A DNA stretch of 64,000 nt, taken from assembly GCA_963664435.2 (NCBI GenBank), contig CAXXKM010000003.1, forward strand, positions 352,001 to 416,000, read 5' to 3'. Positions 41,983 to 52,314 of the stretch are shown in pieces. The stretch comes from Longimicrobiales bacterium (GTDB lineage Bacteria; Gemmatimonadota; Gemmatimonadetes; Longimicrobiales; Gaopeijiaceae). The notes under the pieces were generated by a model. It was not told the origin of the DNA, searched no databases, and was given only the letters and a program-made list of their open reading frames with translations. Within the stretch, counting starts at the first letter, position 1. Every line of letters starts with the position of its first letter. A program made the position numbers and the translations under genes.

Positions 41983-44900
41983 TTATTGGTGCCACGTCCG
42001 GAGTCTCGACAGACTATTTCGGTCGACTAGCCACACGCCGCCGGCTCTTGCCAAGTCTTGGGCGGGGGCTGTGAACCCTGCCGCGTTGCTGACAACCATC
42101 GGCCTTGGCTCCCCGATGACATCGTACTTGGACAGAGACGCGAGGACCTCCCGCACGGCACCAACGCCGCACTTGGCCTCGGGCTGCATGTGTTTGCACT
42201 GCACGACAATCGTGTGCGACGCGCCAGGCATGCGGGAATAGGCCAAGCCGTCAGCACCGCGGTCACCGCTCCGAGGAGTTTGTCGGGTCTCGTAACCAGC
42301 CGATGCCAGTTGTTGGAGAACCCAGGATTCGAAAGCTGTGGGCTCCAGCAGGTCGACGGCGGGTTGACCTTCGGGGCGGTCGTCACCGTCGGCTGACGCC
42401 TCGGTCATCGTGCTCTTGTAGAGGTCGCTGACGTCCGCAGGTGTTGCCGCAGCGGGCGCAAGGACTTGGCGATTCATCTCCCGCTTTCGTTCCATCAAGC
42501 TGTCGAGCTTCAGATCAAAGCTGAACTCGCCGAAACGAGGATGCTTCGCAAGCGGTAGGTAGACGTGAACAGTTCGCTCTTGGCCGATTCGGAAAGCCCG
42601 GTCCGTACACTGGTCCTCGACTGCCGGATTCCACCATCGCGAGAGATGGATGACGTGGTTCGCGGCCGTCAATGTCAGGCCAACGCCGCCCGCACGCGGC
42701 GATAAGATCATCACGTCAAACGCTTTCCGATTCTGAAACTTGTCAACGCGCGCCTTACGTGCCCGACCTGAAACCGCTCCATTGATGACGAGCACGTCCT
42801 CCCGGAGTTCAAACCGTCGCCGGAGCGCTCCGATGAGGAAGTCTTGCATTTGGCGAGATTCTACGAAGAGGAGCGCCTTTTCGCCCTGCGCTGCGATTGA
42901 ATCGAGAATCTTGAACGTCTCGGATAGCCGAGCGGATTCCGCGATGTAGTCGTCGATGTCTCCGTCGCCTGGAGCACGCGGATGCAGCGAGATGCTGCGA
43001 AGGTAATGGAGCGATTGGAGCATGCTGCGACGCTGCTGGGGATCCAACACGATGTTGGCGTACCGATTTGCTTGCCCTGACGGCATCTCGACTACCCGTC
43101 TGTGGACAAGCTCTTGGGGCAGTCTCGGGATCCGTTCTTCCTTGAGTCGGCGCAGCATGAGCGCCGGACCTGACTCCTCGCTCGGCTGCGTAAGAGCGCG
43201 ATGCAAATCAGGCAGTGAGGACGCCACGCCCGTCTCGCGCTCATAAAGCGCACTGAAGTCCTTCAGGGTTCCGAACCGCCCTGGCTCCGCGCGGTCGAGC
43301 AGCGACCAGATATCCGCCGGCCGATTCTCGACAGGAGTTCCCGTCATGAGAAGAGCAAAATCAATATCCATGGCCAACGCCGCCTCCGTGAGGCGTATGT
43401 TCGGATTCTTGATTTTTTGTGCTTCGTCGAGGATGCTTGCTCGCCACCGGATCCTGCCAAAGCTGTGTTGATAGTCGCGAAGAGTCTCGTAGGTGGTAAG
43501 CACCCAGTCCGCATCCTTCAGGATCTCGAGACGCAAGAGCGGTTGACCAAGAGCTAGCTCGCCGCCACGTCCAACCGGAGCACGCCTTCGCATTCGCCGC
43601 AAGGCGGCGCCATGGGCCTCAACGGCGCGGCCAAGCCCACGCCCGGACAAGTGCTTGTCGTGCTCATCCTGCCAGTTGCGGAGGAGTCCGGTCGGGGCCA
43701 CGACCAACATCGGCTGCGGCTCCAGCTTCTTCGCCCGTGCGTACGTTTGCAAACAGGAAAGAAACGCCAATGCTGTCAGCGTCTTGCCGAGCCCCATGTC
43801 GTCAGCCAGGAGTGCGCCCCAGCTCCCTGCGGCCCAGTGCGTGCACAGCCACGATAGTGCTTCCTCCTGATGCGGCATGAGCGAAGTACGGAGTACTGGC
43901 GCGACGTTCGCGATCCCCCGTTTCCGCCTTCTTCTCTGCCGCTCGAATCCGATCGCTTCAAGGTTGTCGATGACAAGTAGGACCTGGTCGGTATCGTCCG
44001 AATCCACCTTCTCGCGTGGTTCAACATCGAGCTTGGGGCGTTGAACCGGCGGCGATTTCCGAATCAGTTCGTCAATGGCCTCCAACGTGGTCGAGTTTGC
44101 GGGGATACTGGTGCCCTCGTCGACTTCCACCGTGGCATCGCCCCGCTCCATCGCAGCCTGTGTTCGCTCGCGAAGCGATGGCAGGTCATCGGCCGATATC
44201 ACCACGATCTGGGAACCGAACCGAAGTCCCAGTTGTTCTGGTGGCAGCCACGGTTCTGAAGCTCGCTTGATCCATGGAAGCGCTCTATCCTCCCAGATGC
44301 CGATGCCCCTGACGCGCTCGCTGAGTCCATCGTCGCTGAATACACGGTCAAGTTCGACCTCTGCATCCTCATCCGTGTCCAGCGCGCCACGCAGGTATCC
44401 CGAGACGTTGCGCAGGAAGTCTCGACGTTCGTTTGCGGTGCCACCTTGTGCACGTCGTACGGCGCGAAGAGACCGTTCTACCTCCGGAGTTAGTACGACA
44501 TAGGCGCTTCCTCCCACGGCATACCGATGCCTGACCCGGGATAGTCCGCGGAACTTCCGTGCGAATTGTTCTTGCGGAGCCGTTGGCAGGACTGGAGCGA
44601 ACACCTTTTCATCCTCTCCTACGTCCGTCGTTCGTGTTTCACGTCTACCGACAATGGGGTCGAAATCCGGTTCACCTTCCTCGTTAACGAAGGGATTCAG
44701 GGCAAAAGTTGAGGCAACGACGATCTTGAGTGAGCGCAGGTGTCGATTATCAACTACCGTGTCGTCCGGCAGCAGCTCGGCGATCTGCCCCCATCGGAGC
44801 ATTCGTGATTCGATATCCGTCCGACCAGTCCGGTTGAATTCATCGATGGCTTCTGTGATGGCGTACAGTGGGTCGAGCAACACAAAATCTTTTTCCCCAA

Positions 44901-45300
44901 CCCACAACCACGCACCCCTACGGTTTACACCCAGGATCCGCCGACCCTTTCCTATGTAGCCGTAGTGGATCTGGAAGTCTGCATCGTTGATCGAGCCGTC
45001 CGAGACGACTTCGAGTGCGAAGGGCATCGCGTCCGGGAGGCCGATGTACCGCAACTCCTTCGTCGTCAACCCAGCGACACCTCGCCATGAGACCAGCAAC
45101 GCCCGGCCGTTGTCGTGCTCGACAGCCTCCCCGTCGTCCCGAAGCCGCATCAATGCCCCCACGCCAGGTCCCTGCTTGTGCAGCGTCCAATCCTCCACCG
45201 GGCACGGCTGATGGCCGCTCCATTGGACGTGAAGACCGTCCAGCGTCGGTTCGAAAGCCAGGTTGCTCACGCCAGTCTCAACGGGGTGGCGAGGCTCCAC
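41983..45300 (-). CDS. zorD: Zorya type I ZorD: SNF2 helicase with C-terminal Mrr-like nuclease
   Basis: LADDMGLGKT, LDEAQKIKN, TGTPVEN, WWNPAVEDQCTDRAFRIGQ, GDRGAD..VQCK; operon context; start may be 45270. Confidence 0.88.
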   Translation of the reverse strand: MEPRHPVETGVSNLAFEPTLDGLHVQWSGHQPCPVEDWTLHKQGPGVGALMRLRDDGEAVEHDNGRALLVSWRGVAGLTTKELRYIGLPDAMPFALEVVSDGSINDADFQIHYGYIGKGRRILGVNRRGAWLWVGEKDFVLLDPLYAITEAIDEFNRTGRTDIESRMLRWGQIAELLPDDTVVDNRHLRSLKIVVASTFALNPFVNEEGEPDFDPIVGRRETRTTDVGEDEKVFAPVLPTAPQEQFARKFRGLSRVRHRYAVGGSAYVVLTPEVERSLRAVRRAQGGTANERRDFLRNVSGYLRGALDTDEDAEVELDRVFSDDGLSERVRGIGIWEDRALPWIKRASEPWLPPEQLGLRFGSQIVVISADDLPSLRERTQAAMERGDATVEVDEGTSIPANSTTLEAIDELIRKSPPVQRPKLDVEPREKVDSDDTDQVLLVIDNLEAIGFERQRRRRKRGIANVAPVLRTSLMPHQEEALSWLCTHWAAGSWGALLADDMGLGKTLTALAFLSCLQTYARAKKLEPQPMLVVAPTGLLRNWQDEHDKHLSGRGLGRAVEAHGAALRRMRRRAPVGRGGELALGQPLLRLEILKDADWVLTTYETLRDYQHSFGRIRWRASILDEAQKIKNPNIRLTEAALAMDIDFALLMTGTPVENRPADIWSLLDRAEPGRFGTLKDFSALYERETGVASSLPDLHRALTQPSEESGPALMLRRLKEERIPRLPQELVHRRVVEMPSGQANRYANIVLDPQQRRSMLQSLHYLRSISLHPRAPGDGDIDDYIAESARLSETFKILDSIAAQGEKALLFVESRQMQDFLIGALRRRFELREDVLVINGAVSGRARKARVDKFQNRKAFDVMILSPRAGGVGLTLTAANHVIHLSRWWNPAVEDQCTDRAFRIGQERTVHVYLPLAKHPRFGEFSFDLKLDSLMERKREMNRQVLAPAAATPADVSDLYKSTMTEASADGDDRPEGQPAVDLLEPTAFESWVLQQLASAGYETRQTPRSGDRGADGLAYSRMPGASHTIVVQCKHMQPEAKCGVGAVREVLASLSKYDVIGEPRPMVVSNAAGFTAPAQDLARAGGVWLVDRNSLSRLRTWHQ

Positions 45301-45337
45301 AGGCGATCAACGGGTCCTCGGTGTCGAGCGAGAAACA

Positions 45338-46879
45338 TCACCGCCGCCAATAGTACGAGCTTCCGTATTGTCGCGACTTGCGCATGCCGGCACGACTCCT
45401 TGGTGAAGAAGACGGAAACGCTCGCAGCTCACGAGGAAAGTAGAGGTTCCTGTCGACGGTGAGGTCTGTATTGTCCCGTAGCCAACGTGCGATCGCGTCC
45501 TGCCAGCGTCCGGCTTGGCTGCCGTCATGTCTTTGTGAGTGAGCCCCGTATTCCTTGGGATACGGGTACGGGCGCCTGACCTGGTGGGCATGATACTTCC
45601 GTTCGTAGAGCTTGGGCGCACCAGGCATTCCGTCGAGCCACATGTGGCAAGAGCCGCTATGGCTCCATTCAGCGATGACGACACCCGGCATGCGAAGGAG
45701 GAGGACCGACTGATCCGACTGGGCTCCTTGGAGTTGTCCGGTAGTCTGGAGGGCAGGTCGGTCACGGTTCATGTTTCTGAGAAGGCGCGCAGCACCCCGG
45801 CCGAGCGCGAACCAAATGTCATCGATCAATCCCTCCTCAAGGAACGCTCTCCAGAACGCTGCCCGGTACCGCCAGTGCTGGTCGTAGGCAGTTTCCTCTA
45901 GAAGCATGAAAAACTGCTCCAGGACACGTTCGACCAGCCATCGGATCATCACTCGCCGCACGGTATCCGGAACGCCGAACCACTTGTGTTTTCCCGAGGG
46001 AAGGCGCGGATCACGATAGTGCCGGAGGAAGAAGGACTGCAGAGATTCCTTACTCTCAGGAGGCGGTGAACGTTCGGCAAATGGGCCCAGCAATGCCGTG
46101 GCGATTTCCTCGCGAGTAGTCCCTTCGTCAAAGCGAAGCTTGCCCTCGAATTCGAGGAGTGTCAGCAGCCGCCGGAGCTGGCCATTGTCGAGTGCGTTCT
46201 GCGTCAGTTGCCTGCTACAGGTTGGGAGCGCGGTACGGATTCCGGATTTCAAGAAGCGGCTGCGCGAGAGTCCGGCATCGAATCCAGCTTCCTTCAGGTG
46301 GTCGTTACACCGCACGGTAGCTGACAAGTAATCTTGGACGAATCCATGCCCCCTGTCTGCATCGAGGAGCCGGAAAGTCCTGCAACGCTCCTGCCACTTC
46401 CGCACCGACGGCAACGGAGCCCGGCGGCTGTCCTCAAGGGATCTTCGCAGGAACCTCCGTAGATCGTGGAAGGTTCGTAGATCGGTTGGGTACACGCGCA
46501 GGAACTCGTGTAGCAGAGCCAACGAAGACCGTGTTCTCCGGCCATTGAAGAGCCAGCCGATGTACTTCCGTACCAGTCGAGAGTCTGCTCCAAACCAGCG
46601 GTTGGAACGCCAATCCGGCGGATAGAACAAGACCCAAGGGAGTTGTCTGAGGTCTCGGGGACTGATCCTATCAAGCGAGTTGTCCCGAGCCCACGCACGT
46701 CCTACTCGCAGGTGCAGCTCTTGAAGGTCGTAGCGGGATGGCTCCTTGGGCTGCACATCCTGAAACAGTTTCGTCGTCTCACGGGCCGCGCGAGAAGTGA
46801 AACTCGGCTGGAATGCGGATCCCACCTTCGGGAACCCCGTCCAGTGCGTCAACGAATCCTTTAAGGACTTGGCTCTCAT
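45338..46879 (-). CDS. zorC: Zorya ZorC, EH-signature domain protein
   Basis: DPR....W.GV, W.YRAAFW, VIAEWSHSG; ATGA-coupled to zorB. Confidence 0.85.
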   Translation of the reverse strand: MRAKSLKDSLTHWTGFPKVGSAFQPSFTSRAARETTKLFQDVQPKEPSRYDLQELHLRVGRAWARDNSLDRISPRDLRQLPWVLFYPPDWRSNRWFGADSRLVRKYIGWLFNGRRTRSSLALLHEFLRVYPTDLRTFHDLRRFLRRSLEDSRRAPLPSVRKWQERCRTFRLLDADRGHGFVQDYLSATVRCNDHLKEAGFDAGLSRSRFLKSGIRTALPTCSRQLTQNALDNGQLRRLLTLLEFEGKLRFDEGTTREEIATALLGPFAERSPPPESKESLQSFFLRHYRDPRLPSGKHKWFGVPDTVRRVMIRWLVERVLEQFFMLLEETAYDQHWRYRAAFWRAFLEEGLIDDIWFALGRGAARLLRNMNRDRPALQTTGQLQGAQSDQSVLLLRMPGVVIAEWSHSGSCHMWLDGMPGAPKLYERKYHAHQVRRPYPYPKEYGAHSQRHDGSQAGRWQDAIARWLRDNTDLTVDRNLYFPRELRAFPSSSPRSRAGMRKSRQYGSSYYWRR

Positions 46880-47760
46880 CGTTGCCTCCCACCAACTCGC
46901 TCACGAACTTCAGCCTGAATGTCGGACTCGTCCGCTGCGAGTGCGTCTCTGGGTGGTTCCAGGAGGAAACGCAAGTCGATGCGGCGGTTATCATCCGAGC
47001 GTTCCGGGTCGCGCGTCGCCGGCCGAGTGTTTCCGTACCCGCTGGTGCTAAGAATGGCGTAACCATCGCTGTTCAGCAGATTCTCCACCCCTGGTTCGCA
47101 GGCCGTGATCATCCGATGGACGGTGGCTGCCCGCATCGACGACAGCTCCAGGTTGTCTCTGAATCGCTGGCCGGCCGCGACCGGCACATGGTCGGTATGG
47201 CCCTCGATCAACAACGTCTCGAGTAACCAGGGGTATTGTCGCTCGCGACAATCGTAGGCATACGGATCGGCAGCCATCTCACAGTAGGCCGGGTCGCCGC
47301 CGTCACCACCCGCCATCGTGTCGAGGGCATGCCGTGTTGAGAACGTGTTGTCCTCGGGGACATAACAGGGGACAACTTCGGCGATGGCCCTGGCTACGCG
47401 CCCGACGTTGACGCGATGGTCGATGATCGGAGTTTCGCTCCCGGATGGGAAATTGATGGAATTTTCCGATAGCCGCAGTACGCCTTGGTCCAGCAACACC
47501 TCGACACGGATCTCAGATCTCTCAAGCCGATCGGCGATTGCCGTGAGTATTCGAGCGCGCGTCTCGTCCGCTGCCCTCAGTTCTTCGGTGACGCTGGCTT
47601 GTTCCTCTGTCGCCGTCGCGAGCTGGTACGCGAAAATCGCAAGCATGATAATGAACACAAAGATGAACGCGGACACCAGATCGCTTACGGTGGCAAGATA
47701 ATTCTGGCCACCTTGACTCTGGCCCGTACCCGAAGACGGTCGCCATTCGCCCGTTGTCAC
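46876..47760 (-). CDS. zorB: Zorya ZorB, MotB/OmpA-like
   Basis: SDLVSAFIFVFII TM with conserved Asp; IEGHTD, NLELSSMRA, NRRIDLRF. Confidence 0.88.
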   Translation of the reverse strand: MTTGEWRPSSGTGQSQGGQNYLATVSDLVSAFIFVFIIMLAIFAYQLATATEEQASVTEELRAADETRARILTAIADRLERSEIRVEVLLDQGVLRLSENSINFPSGSETPIIDHRVNVGRVARAIAEVVPCYVPEDNTFSTRHALDTMAGGDGGDPAYCEMAADPYAYDCRERQYPWLLETLLIEGHTDHVPVAAGQRFRDNLELSSMRAATVHRMITACEPGVENLLNSDGYAILSTSGYGNTRPATRDPERSDDNRRIDLRFLLEPPRDALAADESDIQAEVRERVGGRQR

Positions 47761-47762
47761 CC

Positions 47763-49514
47763 CTACCTCCCTAGATGTGCTGTCAAGTCTTCGATGGACT
47801 GGCTGAGTTCATGCGTAGCTCCGCCTAGCTCCTGGATGGTCTTGGAGGTCGTCCGATCCAGTTCGTTGGCAAACTCCTTCACCTGCTCACAATAGCCCGA
47901 TAACCCCTCGTCGATTTGCTGGAAGACCAAGGCAAGAGAGCTGTCGATCCCTTCGAAGCGGTCCTGGTATCGGGTCCAAGCCTCCGTTACTTCGGATTGG
48001 TGCTCCTCCAGCTTATTGACGCTCGAATCGATCCGGTCGACTAGCGCATTCGTACTTGTCACGGCATTGGCTGTCCTGTCGCTGGCTTCTTCGATCTCTC
48101 GAGCCGCTCGCGCGATCGGCGCTGCCGCGTCTGCTATCCGTCTCTGTGACATATCAATCGTCTCGCGAAGGACGTTGATTCGGTCGACAAACGTCGTCAT
48201 GTCGGCCAGAACTCGTTCGCTCTGCCGCGTGGACCGGTCAAGGCTTGCGGCTGCACCCTCCAGCCCGCGCAGCGAACCGGATATCCGGGAAGCAGCGTCG
48301 ACGGCCGACTCAGCGAGGTCGTTCGTCGCTGCCCCAACTGTCTTCTCCAGTTCTGCGGCAGCGGCGTGGCTCGACGTTGCAAGCTGGTCCGCCAATTGCG
48401 AAGAAGCCGTCGCCATCTCTTGGGCCACCGCTTGAAGCGATCGCTGTAGGGTCTCCGTCATCGCGCTCGCGCCAGCGTCCATGGATGTCGTCACGGTCGC
48501 CACGACCTCATCGAGCACCACCTTTATTTCGCGCTGCGACTGCGCCATTCCATCCGCTGACTCCTTCAGCGTGCGGTTCAAATCAGTGATGATCGAGGCC
48601 ATCTCCTCAAACTGCGATCCGGTACGTTCCTGCATAGCATCGGTGAACTGGCCAAGCACCTGCTCGATCATCCGCCCGGCGTCGCTTGATCGATCGGCGC
48701 GAAGTTCTTGTACTGCCTCTACCAGGCGGTCGAGCTGTGGCGACAGCCTACCGGCGATCTTCTCTTCCAGAGCCTGTTCGAGGGAGAAGATCAGATCGGT
48801 GTTGAACATTTCAAGTTGGTGGGTCGCGCGCTTCGCCTGTTCGAGCTGGTCCAGAGCGACTCCCTCCGAAGTGACCCTATTCACACAGGACTCGATTGAC
48901 TTGACCCAGTCATCCACCGCGAGATGAAGCTTGCGGGATACGCGCCGTTCGAAGAAGACGAAGATCATCGAAGACGAGATACCGACGACGGAGGTTACGA
49001 ACGCCAGAGAAGCACCGCTCAGTAGCTGTCGCAGGGACTCGGTGACTTGGACGGAGTCCCCGGAAGTAAGACCGGCACTCGCTGCTCCGACACCGGTCGC
49101 CAGTCCGGCGAAGGTGCCGAGGATTCCGAAGCCGGTTAGCAGATTGGGGACGGATCGGTAGAAGTCGAACGAGATCTTGGGGAAGATGATGCTCGTATCG
49201 TTCAGATAGCGGGAGACCGACTGCGTGTTCCGGATCGGCTCATCGGAGCCTGTGGGAAGCACCAGTGTCTCGACGAATTCCTTCCAGGGAGTACCGAAGC
49301 TCTCCTCCATCCTGGAATCGTAGCGTTCGAATTCATTGGCAAATCCTGATTCGCCACCGAACCCGTCGATCTCCTTTTTGCAATCCTTGAGCTTGGAACT
49401 CAGCGGGCGGGCTTCAAACCACGTCAGTTTGCCGATGCAAACCACGAGGAAGGCCCCGATCCCAGCGCAGTACGACCAGACGAAGATGCTCGTGAGAAGG
49501 ATGTCGAAGGTCAT
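47763..49514 (-). CDS. zorA: Zorya ZorA, MotA-like TM domain with long helical tail
   Basis: PNLLTGFGILGTFAGL, AFVTSVVGI TM motifs, long coiled tail; start could be 49580. Confidence 0.88.
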   Translation of the reverse strand: MTFDILLTSIFVWSYCAGIGAFLVVCIGKLTWFEARPLSSKLKDCKKEIDGFGGESGFANEFERYDSRMEESFGTPWKEFVETLVLPTGSDEPIRNTQSVSRYLNDTSIIFPKISFDFYRSVPNLLTGFGILGTFAGLATGVGAASAGLTSGDSVQVTESLRQLLSGASLAFVTSVVGISSSMIFVFFERRVSRKLHLAVDDWVKSIESCVNRVTSEGVALDQLEQAKRATHQLEMFNTDLIFSLEQALEEKIAGRLSPQLDRLVEAVQELRADRSSDAGRMIEQVLGQFTDAMQERTGSQFEEMASIITDLNRTLKESADGMAQSQREIKVVLDEVVATVTTSMDAGASAMTETLQRSLQAVAQEMATASSQLADQLATSSHAAAAELEKTVGAATNDLAESAVDAASRISGSLRGLEGAAASLDRSTRQSERVLADMTTFVDRINVLRETIDMSQRRIADAAAPIARAAREIEEASDRTANAVTSTNALVDRIDSSVNKLEEHQSEVTEAWTRYQDRFEGIDSSLALVFQQIDEGLSGYCEQVKEFANELDRTTSKTIQELGGATHELSQSIEDLTAHLGR

Positions 49515-49811
49515 CAGGGAGAAGCTCGGGAGGAGAGGGGATCGCAGACTAGTGGTGACACAACCGGTGCAGGATACCACGTGAACTTCGGGACCGCCAT
49601 CGCGACTCGCCCTTAGCCGAACAGGACGCTTCTCCAGAATCGCAACCGCTCTGCCAAGGGCACCGCCCCGTCGCGAGTCCCTACTCGCAATCTATTCCGA
49701 TCATCGACGCAGTCGAGCCGGAGTTCTGAAGCCCAGTCGGGCTGACGAACCCGAGGATGTCACAGGATGCGAGCGGCAGCCTGGTCCTGGTGACCTCTGT
49801 CTGATCCGGTC

Positions 49812-50885
49812 TCAGCTCGCCGACGCCTCCCGGTAGGCGTCGGTCAGGGCCTTGAGTAGCGCGGGGGTGATGGCCGTGGCGGAGCTCCCCTTTCCGATCT
49901 CCTTTCCGTTGATCCGTTCGACCTTGGCGATCGCGTTTGGCGCCCGCCTCTCGAATACTGACCGCCAAAGGGACAGGGATGGCTTCCCGTTGTCGTTCCA
50001 GATCGTCACCAGACCGGCCCTCTCCGTCGTGAACCTTGGGAGGAGAGTAAACCGGTCGCCATTCTTGCCCCGGTAGGTATAAAGGCAAACACCAGGCAGG
50101 TCCGCCAGCTCATCCGCCCAGCGCAAGAGCCGGCGGAATACTTGCCGATCTGCTTCTTCTGCCGCTGCCAAGGAAGCCTCAAACACCTCAGCGCCATCCG
50201 AGAGGACGCCTTGCGCAGTGGCGCGCGGCTTCATCGGTGAGTCGGCGGCGTTGGCGTCCAGGTCGAGCGAAACCCTTTGGGGCAGTGCGATTTCAGCACC
50301 ACCCATCGCAAACCGCGAAACAGTGATCAGGTCGATCGTGATGCCTTGTCTCGTCACGGCATCCAGGTAGGCGACGATTCTCTCCAGCTCAACCGAGGTT
50401 TCGTCCAGCAGTAGCACGAGTCGAAATGCCCCGCTGGACAGGTAGTCCTGCATGGCTGGCACGAATGCATCCGCGTCTACTTCACTCTGTTGATCCTGCG
50501 CTTGAACGGCCTCCAGAATCGACCCGTGGCCCTGCGTCTGGAGATACCCGCGCAACGGGCCGCGCTCCAAGTCCTCCACCTTCGATCCCCGGAGCCACGC
50601 GGCGTAGGAAAGCGCCTGAGCAACGATCGCCCGCCTGGCTTCGGCGTTCTTCGCAAGCTTGACTTCGATGATGACCGGGCGCCCCGACATCTCCACCGCC
50701 AACAGGTCCGCCCAGCCGGAACCCAGAGAGACCTCACTCCCGAGGACGACGAGGTTCGGAGAACCCGCCAACGGCAGCATGTGGATGTTTTCCTCGGCGA
50801 GTCCGTGGAGTTCCTTCTCCAACCCGAACTTCTGCGACGCTGCCGTCTTCCAGCCGCCGCTGCTCTTGACCCAGATTCCGCTCAT
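49812..50885 (-). CDS. NucS-like PD-(D/E)XK nuclease domain protein (paralog of 26858-27931)
   Basis: MSGIWVKS..GWKTAASQKFGLEK; ADLLAV, IIEVKL. Confidence 0.75.
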   Translation of the reverse strand: MSGIWVKSSGGWKTAASQKFGLEKELHGLAEENIHMLPLAGSPNLVVLGSEVSLGSGWADLLAVEMSGRPVIIEVKLAKNAEARRAIVAQALSYAAWLRGSKVEDLERGPLRGYLQTQGHGSILEAVQAQDQQSEVDADAFVPAMQDYLSSGAFRLVLLLDETSVELERIVAYLDAVTRQGITIDLITVSRFAMGGAEIALPQRVSLDLDANAADSPMKPRATAQGVLSDGAEVFEASLAAAEEADRQVFRRLLRWADELADLPGVCLYTYRGKNGDRFTLLPRFTTERAGLVTIWNDNGKPSLSLWRSVFERRAPNAIAKVERINGKEIGKGSSATAITPALLKALTDAYREASAS

Positions 50886-51093
50886 GTGTCGTCGCCCTTT
50901 TCCGTGCTGCCGAAACCAACAGGAATCAAACTGGTGCGGCAAGAGTAAGACGGAGCGGTCGTACCTGCGGAGGTTGCGGTGTTCGTAACCGTGCGCGACG
51001 GGATTGCCGCAACCGGCGACGCAGTCGCGCTCCGCAACGCTATCAGATCTTCCTACCATCGGGAGTGGTACGGAAGCGGTCGCGGACCGTCGG

Positions 51094-51290
51094 TCACACC
51101 AGCTCTCCTCGATCACCCCACCGCTTCTCGAACTCGCGAAGGCGCCGCCGGGTTTCCGCGTCCGGACTGATGATGAAGAACGTCCGGTTGCTCACCCGGC
51201 GCCAATAGTCGGCCAAGGTGCCGTCCGGAAGTTGGCTCTTCCACCAAGAGATCTCAGCGCGATGGCCACCCCGGCGTCTGGGGCGTGAGT
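51094..51290 (-). pseudogene. C-terminal remnant paralogous to 28235-28936
   Basis: GGHRAEISWWKSQLP..YWRRVSNRTFFII.PDAETRRRLREFEKRWGDRGELV. Confidence 0.8.
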
Positions 51291-51423
51291 GCTGTAGTAA
51301 CCCAAGAGGGGCAACCATAACGTAACGGCATGCGGTGTCAGGTTGGCATCTTTCTGTGAGCGTTAGAGTTATGGAATTGGAAGGCCGGATTCCCGCTATT
51401 TGACTCCCGCCGAATGGCGAGCC

Positions 51424-52314
51424 TCAGCCGCGAGGTCTCGGACGGGCTTCCAGTGCCTTCCGAAGCTGTCCCTCGTCGGCTCGCTGATAACACTGGAGCA
51501 CCGTCTTGGCGGTCTTCCGGCCTCCGAAGTCGCAGAGGACCTTGAGCGGCAGGTCCATGAGGTCGCTGGCGAACTTGCGCCGCAACGAGTGCCAGCCCCG
51601 CCCACGCCTGGGTTCGAGTCCCGCGAGCTTCTGGGCTCGGTTCCACCAGAAGCGCACCAGCGTCCGGCCCGCGCACCGCGACGGATCTCGTGGTGCGGGG
51701 AGCACCGGAGCAACCTCGATCCCGGCGCTCCGCTCTCGCGCCTGCTCAAGGACGGCGACCGCCTCGGCCGTCATCGGAGTCCGGTGTTCGTAGCCTGTCT
51801 TCTCGTGTTCGGCCCTCCACCGGATGGCTCGGGCTTCAAGGTCGATATCCGACCACCTGAGGTGGCGGATGGCCCCGATTCGGTGCCCGGTCTCGTGCGT
51901 CAGCACGAGCGCGACGTGAAACCGCCAATCGACCTCCCGGGACACCCCGAGAAGCGCCTGGTATTCCTCTTCGGACAACACGACCCGGGTCGGGTTCTTT
52001 TCAGTGGGCGTCTTCAGACCCTTCAGCGGGTTCGAGCCGAGGAGCAGCCGGCCCTCCTCGTCCTTCGACTTGCCGGCCCAGTTGAACACGGCGATCAGGA
52101 ACTTCAGATCGTGTTCGATCGTCGCGTCGGACACCGGTTTGCCGCTCGCTCCGACCTTGCCCGCGCGCCGCGCCCGGATGAACCGGTCCCAGTCGCGCCG
52201 GGAGAGCGTTGAAGGCTTGCGGCCTCGTCCGAAGAACCCGAGGAACATCCTCGTCGCGGCCCGGTCGGCCCGCTGGGACGCCTCCGCCTTGGTGGGCGTC
52301 ACCTCTTCACCGTA
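51424..52314 (-). CDS. tyrosine recombinase, paralog of 14152-15315, lacking the N-terminal ~90 aa
   Basis: ETGHRIGAI, WHSLRRKFASDL, CYQR; homology stops at YGEEVTPTK; LGGW changed to FGGR. Confidence 0.85.
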   Translation of the reverse strand, partial: YGEEVTPTKAEASQRADRAATRMFLGFFGRGRKPSTLSRRDWDRFIRARRAGKVGASGKPVSDATIEHDLKFLIAVFNWAGKSKDEEGRLLLGSNPLKGLKTPTEKNPTRVVLSEEEYQALLGVSREVDWRFHVALVLTHETGHRIGAIRHLRWSDIDLEARAIRWRAEHEKTGYEHRTPMTAEAVAVLEQARERSAGIEVAPVLPAPRDPSRCAGRTLVRFWWNRAQKLAGLEPRRGRGWHSLRRKFASDLMDLPLKVLCDFGGRKTAKTVLQCYQRADEGQLRKALEARPRPRG

